DNA of 64,000 nucleotides. Source: Paragordius varius (taxonomy: Eukaryota > Animalia > Nematomorpha). Of this stretch, positions 13,701 to 24,674 are shown one piece after another; the first letter of the stretch is position 1; each line of letters starts with the position of its first letter. Under the pieces are notes generated by a model, which saw only the letters and a program-made list of their open reading frames with translations, ran no database searches and was not told the DNA's origin. The position numbers were made by a program, and so were the translations under genes. The stretch covers positions 6,138,001 through 6,202,000 of the forward strand of contig OZ176050.1 of assembly GCA_964247055.1 (NCBI GenBank), in the 5' to 3' direction.

Positions 13701-13830
13701 TTTGAGGAATTCCTTTCTGCTCATCCATAGACTTTTGTCAGGGGCAAATTTAATATGCCAATTTTAGAATTGAATGCTTGATTTTACCATTTCGAGATTG
13801 TCTTGAGTCCTGCATACGTGTTACATATGC
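10795..13830 (-). mobile_element. Degenerate Ty3/gypsy LTR retrotransposon (gag-pol remnant, no LTRs seen)
   Basis: Domain order on the minus strand: CCHC knuckle CYKCGKYNH (~13340), protease-like ILFNTGAD (~13210), RT LASAPHIFQ...IYLDDILI (12350-12532), RNase H YDYEIKY...LADALS (11422-11745), integrase HHCC (GHNG...SCVR, ~11240-11340) and core RFGFPRQMVTDNGP. Many stops and frameshifts. Confidence 0.9.
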
Positions 13831-14120
13831 AAATTTTAAATATATATTTTGTATATATGCAGTTTTTTGAGAGATTTGCATTGCCTTATTTTAATATTTT
13901 TGTATTATGTGAATAACATATCCATTAGTTACACGAAAGTTTCCTTGTTATCAAAATTATGTTCACTTAAAAAGAGTCTATATAGAGAACAAAAAAACGA
14001 ATAAATATCTTTCAAGTTTTACGACTTATACTTTTGCTACCTTTAACAATACGCAAGATAAGTTTTTCAATATTTAATCATTTCGATTAACGATTTACTT
14101 GCTTTAAGTGTTGTTTAAAA

Positions 14121-15386
14121 CACTGTGTGCAAAAAAGAGGGTCATTTTGATTTAACGAAAAATTTTTTTTTCATGAGATAGCTTATGATTAGCGTATTCA
14201 TTTGCCGCAAAAATTATTTGTTGACAACCTAGTTTTTGATATATTGAGAGAAAATCGAAATCGGGCAAAAAGTGAAAATTAAGGATTATTAGGGATAATT
14301 CAAAAAATATAAAATTTGAAATAATATGGTTTACTATCATTTTAGGAGATATTTTCAATATATAAATAGCCTAAAATCATATAGTTAGGGTTTCTATAAA
14401 ATTTCAGGTCAAAAGATGGCGTTTTTATTTTATTACACTTAAAAGACAAAAAAAATATAATGACACTATATGAAAATAATTTTTTTTAATTATTTACTAC
14501 CTAAACTCACTATTAAAATCTTAACATCCATATTTTATTCAGTAAAATAAACTTCTATATCAAAATAAAACCAAAAATATTGTTTTTTATTTTTGCAATT
14601 TTTTGTATCTGGTTTATGAGTATATAAAAAAATTTATACTGTTTTATTTTGGATTCTTACATGATTAGGAATTATTAAGCATATAATTTATACAAAATAG
14701 GATTTAAAAGAGTGGAATATCAACCAAAATCCTTACAATTTCTTGCTGTTTTATGACAAATTAATATTTGTATTGGGATTTGTACGGATTGTTGGTTGAT
14801 ATCCACTAATTTTCAATCCTATTTTGCATAATTTATATACTTAATGATCCCTAATCATGTGAGAATCCAAAATAAAACAATATAAATTTTTAATACACTC
14901 ATAAACCAGATGACAAAAAATCGCAAAAATAAAAAACAATATTTTTGGTTTTGTTTTGATATAGAAGTTTATTTTACTGAAAATATGGTCGTTAAGATTT
15001 TAATAGTGAGTTTAGGTAGTAAATAATTAAAAAAAATCATTTTAATATAGTTTCATTGAATTTTTTTGTATTTTAAGTGTAATGAAAGAAAAACGCCATC
15101 TTTGGACCTGAAATTTTATAGAAACCCTAACTATATGACTTTAGGCTATTTATATATTGAAAATATCTCCTAAAATGATAATAAACGATAATATTTCAGA
15201 TTTTATCATTATTTTTTAAATTACCCTTAATTATTCTTAATTTTCACTTGCCCGATTTCGATTTTCTCTCAATATTTCAAAAACTAGGTTGTCAACAAAT
15301 AAAAATTTTTGCGGCAAATGAATACGCTGGTCATATGCTATCTCATGAAAAAAATTTTTTTGTTAAAAATTTTTTTGCACACAGTG
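14121..15386. mobile_element. 1.27-kb fold-back element
   Basis: CACTGTGTGCAAAAAA ... TTTTTTGCACACAGTG. Arms about 14121-14739 and 14778-15386 are diverged inverted copies with a ~40-nt spacer. Target duplication ambiguous (AA/TA or TAAAA/TAATT). Confidence 0.85.
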
Positions 15387-16049
15387 TAATTAGTGTATGG
15401 ATCGTATTCGTTGATAGTGATTGTGGAAATGTCATTTTCCATTTCTGGTTTCAGAATTGGTCACGGCACTAATATAAATAAATTAAACAATATATTAGAA
15501 TAAATTCAAATTTTTACAACTGACTGCTTAATGGTTGTACTATATTTAAAGAAAAATTGGCAATTAATTAGAATACGATGATTTGTATTAACTACAATGT
15601 CAATGAAGTTCATATAAATTACCATATAAACAATAATAATTTAAGTTAAGTTAAGGTTCTTATAAACTAACTTTTCTGTTAGTATCGTTTAACTTGTATT
15701 TGCCATATTTTTACCGTAAAAACTTTAATTTATTACGGTAACATGTTATATATATGGCGAAATTTTAAAAAACAACAATTCTGATTTGTACGGAGTGGCT
15801 ATTCATCCCGACACAGTCCCTCAACGAGAGCATAAGCGAATTTACTTTGATAAACTTTTGGTACGGGCGGAAATTACTTTGAATTCAAGATATATTGTTA
15901 TTACCCGTGAAACCCTTATTAAGACATGTGCTTTAAACGCATGGATGTTACTATATTATCCATTTTTGGGATGGCTGAGAGTTAATCTAATCACCAAAAA
16001 ACAAATCAATAAAATGCAACGCAAGAAATTAACACAAAAATAAATAGAT

Positions 16050-16986
16050 AAAGGGTGGATAACACAAATGGGTCCACGGGCCATATTTTTAGCTTATGAA
16101 ATAAATGGGCCGCATTCGAAATATACATATGGACATGAATAATATATTAATATTAAGCATAAAACTGTGCAAAAACAATTAAGCAATTATTTTAGTTTGT
16201 TGCCAATCGGAGAAACTCAGAAAAATTGTTTAAATATACTATTTGCACTTCAAGATCCTTGAACACCTCAAGTTGCTCCTTGAACATTTTAAGTGTGACC
16301 TTTAACACTTTAAGTTGGTCTTGAACACTTGAAGTTGGTCTTTGAACACTTCAAGTTGGTCCTTGAACAATTCAAGTTGGTCCTTGAACAATTCAAGTTG
16401 GTCCTTGAACACTTCAGATGGTACTTCAAGTCGGTCCTTAAAATTTTTACACTTTAATTTAACCATAATTTTCGCTATTTTTTTATTTTATTATTTTTTA
16501 ACTTAATTTTCTTTATTTATTGTATATTTATTTATTTAAAAAGAATTTTTTAAAAAACCACTTTTTTGTTTCAAACTAATTTTTTCCAATTTAACAAAAT
16601 TATTTTTTGAGTGTTTTCAATGAAAAATTGTAAATAATAACCTAGAAAACTTATCTATTTTTTAATTACGTATTAAATCTTATAAATATCCAAAATAATT
16701 AGAAATTGATAAAATTTAGGGTTTCCCAATGAAAGTTGATATAATGAATGTTAAATAATAGAAAATAGGTTAAAAACAATAAAATAGATGAATGATATAC
16801 GATTTGTTTGATCAAAGTTAAAAACCAAACAAAAAAGTCAAAAGACCAACTGTTCAAGGACACTCTTGAAGTGCAAATGGTATATCAATTATAACAGGAT
16901 GGTCTAAATATATTTTAAATTATAGTTTTCCAAATTTTCCCCGGGCTGCACAAAGAATCTTGGAGGGCCACGTCTTGATACCCCTG
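16050..16986 (+). mobile_element. Old hAT-like MITE interrupted by a TA-flanked MITE
   Basis: Right end GGGCCACGTCTTGATACCCCTG. The internal AACACAAATGG start is shared with 61452-61716. 8-bp flanks AAATAGAT/GATTAGAT match at 6 of 8. Confidence 0.45.
16239..16880. mobile_element. TA(TA)-flanked MITE with 21-bp subterminal tandem repeats, copy 1
   Basis: TATA|CTATTTGCACTTCAAGA ... TCTTGAAGTGCAAATGG|TATA; TTGAACA(C/A)TTCAAGTTGGTCC repeated about 8 times at the left end. Confidence 0.85.
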
Positions 16987-17939
16987 GATTAGATAAAACA
17001 AAATCAAGGCAAACGCTTACTATGTAAACATGCATTACTTAAAACATTTTATCTATGCAAGCTAACACATATTACGTATGTAATAACTATATCTAAAATC
17101 TAGATCCGTTCGTTAAAGAAGAAACCTAAATGGAATAATTCGGCTGTAAGAAAGATACTTGTAAAGTCAACCTCATAGCTATGGAGTGTGCGCTATATGC
17201 ATGAATCGGAGAGTGCTCTGGTGTTTATGGCACTTAAGAACGCCAAATATTTATTATATTTTCATGTAATGCTCACTAGAATAATAAGAAATCAGCTACA
17301 TCCGGACGATGGCGAAAATATATATACCACAGCCCATATTTTTATGCTGGAACTTAAATCGTTAATAAAAAATACCAATTGATCAGCGTAATCCCTAGTT
17401 CAAGAATCCAATTCACAATAGTTAAGAACTTTCCTGCTCTTGTTAGTAATTCTTGTGATTTAGCATTGTTTTAATAATAAAGCGATGGAACTATTACAAA
17501 TATATGCCAGAAAACTGAAAATTGTTCCCATATATCAATAGTTAAATTCAATTTAAAAAATATGTTTTGGTTAATATTGTTATGTACTTAGCGCATTGTT
17601 CAATTAAATATATATTAATAAAATTTAAATTTAATTAATGTGATATGGTTATATATTAATGAATTTCCACAGAAAAATTCTTAAAAGGCTTGAAGCTTTA
17701 TTCAGGGGTATATCACATCGAGTGGAAACTAAGCCATTATCCAACAGAAAAATTGCACTCTGCCTAATTTTTGCCATGAGTTTATAAAATAGCTTTGAGC
17801 CACGTTATTGGCCTATTTTGCAGAGGATTCCCTTTACTAGACCAATTTTTAAATTTAGCCTTATTTTACAGTAGTTAGTATAAGATTCTTATGGATTTGA
17901 TATGTTTTAGGGGATAATTCTTTAACGTCAATATTTTAA

Positions 17940-18700
17940 AAAACTTTATTTTCACATGGGCGGCGTTGAACAGACAGAAAATTATAGTTAAGTCGCATGC
18001 GGCGCATTTATGTGAATAAAATTTTCTGATTTTTAATTTTGGGCGTCATTTTTACCGGTACTGCTTTAAAGCCAATTTTGTAAAAAGTCGGGGCTGAAAA
18101 AAGATTTTTCAAAAAAGGGCTCAGTCAGTTTCGACACAATCGCAAAATTATTAAAATATTTAGAAAATGAATAGACCTCTAATTCTGAAACGTACTGCAA
18201 AAGGAATATTTAAAAAAACGATTTTTACACGGGCGGGACTGGACATAGATGCTAATTCAAAAAAATCCACCCTCTCGCATTTATAAATAATGATTGCCGT
18301 TTTATAGAGTAGACCTTGTTTTCCAAAAATTGTTAAAAGTCTTATTTTCAGACTAAGTGGGGCCTACTGAGGGGCTCATTCATAAAATGGCTGAGTCACT
18401 ATCTCCGCAATCGTAAAAAACTAAAAAAACATTAAATGTTTCTTACACAGTTTTTGGCATCGTGTTTCAAAGCCAGAAAATTTTTAAAAAAAACATTAAT
18501 GGGCGGGGTGGATCTGAGGGGCTAAAAATAAATTCCCAGTCAGAGTCTGCATATTCATAAAACATTAATAAATATTATAGAAACTTAATAGTCTCTAAGT
18601 TTTTTCGGAAGCTTCAATACCAATAAAAAACACATTTCTACATGGGCAGGTTGGGACTTTTGTAGAAAATGGCCTAGTCACTCTCGTGGCAATCATAAAT
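17940..18700 (+). repeat. Old diverged tandem array related to the Helitron-internal satellite
   Basis: Recurring TTTTCACAYGGGCGG...GCTAATTCAAAAAA-like units; resumes in the same orientation at about 22040-22300. Confidence 0.5.
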
Positions 18701-19135
18701 AATGGGTTGGGTGATAAAAAGGTCGCACTTGACTTGTAAGTCAAGCGTGGCAAGTTGAGCAAGGTTACTTAAGCCAGCGAGTGTACACTTAAAGATCGGC
18801 AATAAAAAACACTTAAGTCAAGTCTTTTGCTTATGAATGTAACATTATTTTGCCACCCAATTCAAATTTTACAGAAGTTATTTTGATAATTAGCCAAAAT
18901 TTATGTAATAAGGCACAAAAAAATAAACAATTAATATAATATGCATTTATTGACGTTTTTTTAAACTTAAGGGCAAGTATCTTATTTAATATTATAGAAT
19001 TTTTTAAACATTGAGCCTGGTAATAATTTTTAGATTGATGAACCATTCGCCCTTAAAACACTTTCCATTTCTTTATCACACTACATTTTGTTTGGAGTCC
19101 GTTTGCAAATATAATGGGAAGATGTTTATACAATA

Positions 19136-21394
19136 CTAGCGTGAATCTCGTGCTGCTACGCAGCCCGAGGAAGTCCTTCGGACTTCTGGGGGGGGGGGGG
19201 GTTCGAAGTTTGGATTTGAATGGGTCTACCGTTTTTCCTGTAGATCACAAAGCCAGCATTTTCCATTTTTATAAATAGATAGATTAACATAAATAATGTT
19301 TTAATATCCATATATCTTTTAACATGCTATACATATGATAGATACTCCTTACTCAGCAGCTATGATCAAAGAAACGCTTGACTAAAATTTTTGCCTTTTA
19401 ACAGGCAATACGAAAAATCTTTCTCGAATTTTTACAGTCTCATACCGTGGACAAAAAAATACAATCAAAAAAATATTTTTGTGGACTTTGTTTGTTTTTG
19501 AAAAAAATGGCATTTTACGGGGGGAGCGGGTAAAAAGAGGGCCTAAATCAAAAAAGTGACTCGACTATGTTCAGCGCGATCAAATATAAGTAAACAAAAT
19601 TCATATTTGAAATTGAATGGTCCAACACGTTCTCCAAAAAATTGACTTAACCCAATTTTCACACGGGGTGGGCCCGAACTGGGGACCTAATTCCAAAAAA
19701 GGGCGAAGCTATTGTCGGGGCATTCATTAATGATTAAATTTTTTCGATGTTTGGATTTGATTGGGTTCACCGGTTTTCCGGAAACAGATCACAAAGTTAT
19801 ATGAAAAATCAGTTTTTAGCGGGTAGCTCCTTACCCAGCAGCTATCAGCAAATAAACGGTGGACTAAAATTTTTGCCTTTTAACAGGGAATACGTGGAAT
19901 CTTTATTGAATTTTTACGGTCTCATACCTAGGGCGAAAAATCGATTTAAAAAATTATTTTTATGGACTTTGTTTTTTGAAAAAGGTGGCATTTCACGGGG
20001 GGAGCGGGTAAAAAGAGGGCCTAAATCAAAAAAGTGGCTCGACTATGTTCGGCGCAATCGAAAATAAGTAAACAAAAATTATATTTGAAATTGAATGGTC
20101 CAACACGTTCTCCGGAAAATTGTCTCAAAAACATGATTTTGTGGACTTCTGTTTTCAAAAAAAACCCGTTTTTCATACGGGGTGGGCCCGAACTGGGAGC
20201 CTATTTCAAAAAAAGGGCGAAGCTATTGTCGGGACATTTATTAATGATTATATTTTTTCGATATTTGGATTTGATTGGGTCTACCGGTTTTCCTGTACCA
20301 GATCACAAAGCCAGCATTTTCCATTTTTATAAATATATAGATGAGGATAAATAATGTATTAATATCCATATATCTTTTAACATGCTATGCATATGATAGA
20401 TACTCCTTACTCAGCATCTATCATCAAAGAAACGCTTGACTAAAATTTTTGCCTTTTAACAGGCAATACGAAAAATCTTTCTCGAAATTTTACAGTCTAA
20501 TACCTGGGGCGAAAAATCGATTTAGAAAATTATTTTTGTGGACTTTGTTTTTTGAGAAAAATGGCATTTTACGGGGTAGCGGGTAAAAAGAGGGCCTAAA
20601 TCAAAAAAGTGACTCGACTATGTTCAGCGCGATCAAACATAAGTAAACAAAATTCATATTTGAAATTGAATGGTCCAACACGTTCTCCAAAAAATTGACT
20701 TAACCCAATTTTCACACGGGGTGGGCCCGAACTGGGGACCTAATTCCAAAAAAGGGCGAAGCTATTGTCGGGGCATTCATTAATGATTAAATTTTTTCGA
20801 TGTTTGGATTTGATTGGGTTCACCGGTTTTCCGGAAACAGATCACAAAGTTATATGAAAAATCAGTTTTTAGCGGGTAGCTCCTTACCCAGCAGCTATCA
20901 GCAAATAAACGGTGGACTAAAATTTTTGCCTTTTAACAGGGAATACGTGGAATCTTTATTGAATTTTTACGGTCTCATACCTAGGGCGAAAAATCGATTT
21001 AAAAAATTATTTTTATGGACTTTGTTTTTTGAAAAAGGTGGCATTTCACGGGGGGAGCGGGTAAAAAGAGGGCCTAAATCAAAAAAGTGGCTCGACTATG
21101 TTCGGCGCAATCGAAAATAAGTAAACAAAAATTATATTTGAAATTGAATGGTCCAACACGTTCTCCGGAAAATTGTCTCAAAAACATGATTTTGTGGACT
21201 TCTGTTTTCAAAAAAAACCCGTTTTTCATACGGGGTGGGCCCGAACTGGGAGCCTATTTCAAAAAAAGGGCGAAGCTATTGTCGGGACATTTATTAATGA
21301 TTATATTTTTTCGATATTTGGATTTGATTGGGTCTACCGGTTTTCCTGTACCAGATCACAAAGCCAGCATTTTCCATTTTTATAAATATATAGA
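19136..21394 (-). mobile_element. Non-autonomous Helitron-like element
   Basis: On the minus strand: A|TCTATATATTTATAAAAATGG ... hairpin CGGGCTGC-GTA-GCAGCACG, 9 nt, then CTAG|T. Inserted in an AT dinucleotide with no TSD. A second hairpin GAAGTCC-GAA-GGACTTC and a G14 run lie at 19188-19201. Confidence 0.75.
19210..21394 (+). repeat. Dimeric higher-order tandem repeat (~540 + ~515 bp monomers; 1053-bp period)
   Basis: TTTGGATTTGAWTGGG anchors at ~19210, 19750, 20265, 20803 and 21318. Identical 106-aa ORFs at 19747 and 20800 (offset 1053). Alternate monomers are near-identical while adjacent monomers are clearly diverged. Confidence 0.92.
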
Positions 21395-22331
21395 TAACAT
21401 AATTATTTTTAATTGATTATACACATTACATCGAAATAAATTTATGATGAAATAAATTCTTTACATTGGTTAATACTTAATAGTGAAGTAACCTTTTGCT
21501 TTTAATAAACGAAGTTTTGAAATTTTACAAGATTAATTTTAAGAAATTTTCGAGAATCCAATTTTTTTGCGGACGGAATTGATATATTTAGCATATTTAT
21601 ATATGCTATGTTATTAAATATTAGCAGAGTTTTTCTCATTTATTTCCAATGAATAGATTTATTAACCAAAATTTATCAAATTAACAATTTATAGCATTAA
21701 CAAAGGTTCGAATTACATATAGAACCTAAATTTTATATAAATAGTTTCCAAAATAATTTTATCCATATTTTTAAATCTGTCAAGTGTGCCCTACACCATA
21801 CTTGCAAAATCTTTAAGTTTTACTCATATGATTTTTTATCACCTCCTTATCAAGTTTTCTTGCTTGACTTAAGTCGTGTAATGTTAAATTTTTTTTTATC
21901 ACATAAAAGCAAGCCATAACTTGAACTTGCAAGTCAGGTCTAAATTTTTTTTTATCACCCGACCCAATTAAAAAATTACCAATTTTGAATATGCATGGCC
22001 TTCCACTTTTCCAATAATCGCTTAACATGAATATTTTCTAACGCCCCCATTTTCATGTTGAGGATGGCCAAACTGAGGGGCTAATTCAAATAAAGGCTCA
22101 TTCGCAATTGTGAAATAATTAATTTTTTTTACTAAAAATGACTGCCACAAGATTTCCGGAATCGAGTTTCAAAGCCGAAAATTCTTCAATAAACCTCATT
22201 TTTTCAAAAGAGTGAGGATAAACTATGGGGCTACTATAAAAAAGGACTCTAACAGCGCATTTGTAAAACAATAAAAACACTATCGAAACTAAATAGGCCC
22301 ACACGTTTTACGATAAAATTTAAAGTTAAAA

Positions 22332-22560
22332 CAGGGCTGTCAAACATGTGGTCTTTGAGAAATCATGTGTGACAAAATTTTTGGAAATGGTTGATTTGCA
22401 TAAATATATTCCCAAAACTTATTTATTTTAAAATATTTATACTTTTTAAATAGGTTTATTCAATTGGCAACAAAGTGACAAAATGTTATATTGTACATGC
22501 ATTATGAAATATTTATTCCATATATATTTCAAATAAAGTCATTTGTATTGGACACCACTG
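22332..22560. mobile_element. hAT MITE (229 bp)
   Basis: CAGGGCTGTCAAAC ... ATTGGACACCACTG; 8-bp flanks AGTTAAAA/ACTTAAAA match at 7 of 8. Confidence 0.7.
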
Positions 22561-22938
22561 ACTTAAAATTTTAGGGACTGTAATTTTTAAAAAAACCGAT
22601 TATATGAAGTGGGGCAAAAATGAAGGCCTCATTGTAATAAAGGGCTTATTGACAGTATCATAAATGATTAAATAACTTTTGCTATGGAATTGGAATTATT
22701 CCTTTTTCTCAAATCCATTAAATCACACACTTCTTATTTTTAAAATATTTTTATTTCACCGATATAAATATTATAAATTATATAAATATTTTGCCAAATA
22801 ATCATAAAAATTATTTATGAAACCTTTTTTGCTATAAATTATTACCTATAAATATCATTTTTGAAATGTGCACATTATTTTACATTCTATAATGTTTTCT
22901 TTGTAAGGTTTTCTACTTATTATTGATTACAAAAGGTT

Positions 22939-24635
22939 ATGAAACTTTCGAACTCTGCTACTGTAAAAAAGGAATCACGGATGAGAATCCGAGCTTTTCC
23001 TGTATTTAACATTCATAATATTTAGATGACTATGGATGAAAAATATGTGCAAAGCATATGGGAGCTGCTTAAGAACGCTATCCAAGAAATTCAGAAGAAA
23101 AATAATAGTGGCTTAAGTTTTGAAGAGTTATATCGAAATGCTTATACAATGGTACTTCACAAGCACGGTGAAAAATTATATTATGGTTTAAAAGAAGTAG
23201 TTGCTCAACATCTTATTGAAAAAGTTAATAAATATGATAACAAATAGGTCAGAAAAGATATTTTGGATTCATTATTGCATTCCAACAATTTTATGAGTAT
23301 ACTTATTAGCGCTTGGAATGATCATCAAACTGCTATGATAATGATTCGGGACATTTTGATGTACATGGTAAATCAATTAAAATGATTTTTCGAGACAAAA
23401 GTCATATTATTTATTACTAAGGGTTAATCATCCTCTTTTATTAATAGTAAATATAAGTTTTATGAAAAAGGCATTTTTTGTACAGATCATTAAATATTTT
23501 TTGAAAAATTTGACCCGTTTTCTTGAATCTTACAAACAAAAATTAGCATTGGTATGCTAAGTTATTATTTATAATATTTATTTTTTTGATAATTATTTTA
23601 GGATAGGGTATATGTTCAACAAAACAATGTCGATAACGTATATAATTTGGGTCTTATCATCTTTCGTGATGTGGTTATCAAGTACCCCAAAATACATGAT
23701 TATTTAATGCACATTCTTTTGGACACTATAATGCGTGAACGTCGTGGAGAAATTATTAATCGGTAAAATTAATTATATTTTAAATAATAAATGCTTGTAT
23801 GCTATTTTTTTTATCATCCATTGTATTAAAAAAACTTTTAATTGTAAGAGTCTTGTTTTATTGTAGTGGTAATGTTTTTTACTAGATTTTTGCCTTTTTA
23901 TCATGTTGAAACTTCTAAAAAAATCTTTATCATCTTTACTTTAACAGATGAGGTAAATTTTCCATCCTTAACCAATTGTTCTATGTACTTATATTTTATA
24001 TGATTTAGTATTGCGATTAAAAATATATGCCAAATGTTAATGATTTTGGGAATCGACTCGCGAACTGTATACGAAGATCATTTCGAAAAACCATTTCTTC
24101 TACAATCAGCAGAATTTTATAAAGTATACATTTTCTATATTAATTATATTATGTAAAGATTAGTTAATATTTTTGCAATACTTAATTTAACTAAACACTT
24201 TTTATCTTTATTTGGTACTAAAAGAATTATTACATAAGATTGGATACATTATTTTGTTTATTGGTTTTTTTGTACAAAAACTAGAATGAAAGTCAGCGAT
24301 ATTTGGCTGAAAACAATGCCTGTGCCTACATTCAAAAAGTTGAAAACCGAATCCTTGAAGAAACTGAAAGAGCCAAACATTATTTGGATGAATCCACTGA
24401 GCGTTACATTGTTAAGGTATATATTTATTTTGTTACAAAATTAATTATATATAAATGTTAGAGATTTTCACCCCCCCCTCCCCCCATTATTATGTAATTT
24501 AAAGCTTAATTTTTAAATTTGTGTGTATATATATGTATATGTAGGTAGTGGAAGATGAAATGATTTGCAAACATATGAAGGCTATCGTTGAGGTAATTTT
24601 TTTTAACATTTACCATATAATAGGTTTTGAACGTG

Positions 24636-24674
<39 letters not shown>

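Larger units (their letters stand above)
18704..21965. mobile_element. TIR element with 3-bp TSD (PIF/Harbinger-like by inference), interrupted by a Helitron
   Basis: AAT|GGGTTGGGTGATAAAAA ... TTTTTATCACCCGACCC|AAT; subterminal CTTGACTT-N-AAGTCAAG palindromic motifs at both ends. Confidence 0.6.

Noticed and set aside
16250-16440. CRISPR-like regular short repeats
   Set aside because: Contiguous 21-bp tandem units with no unique spacers, inside a MITE, in a eukaryote with no cas genes.
15390-17530. Exon-like GC-richer patches (15390-15470, 15786-16043, 17100-17530)
   Set aside because: I could not assemble a consistent spliced frame or recognise a family on either strand; may be a decayed gene or TE.
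19747-21416. Repeated 106-109-aa and 70-aa ORFs (MFGFDWVH..., MARLCSAQ...)
   Set aside because: By-products of the 1053-bp tandem repeat; they overlap in several frames and lack recognisable domains.
23002-23247. Possibility that in-frame TAG/TAA in CUL3, FEN1 and others reflect a variant genetic code or pseudogenes
   Set aside because: Each interruption is a GT...AG segment; many are not multiples of 3, and removing them restores the conserved protein exactly, so tiny introns are the simpler explanation.
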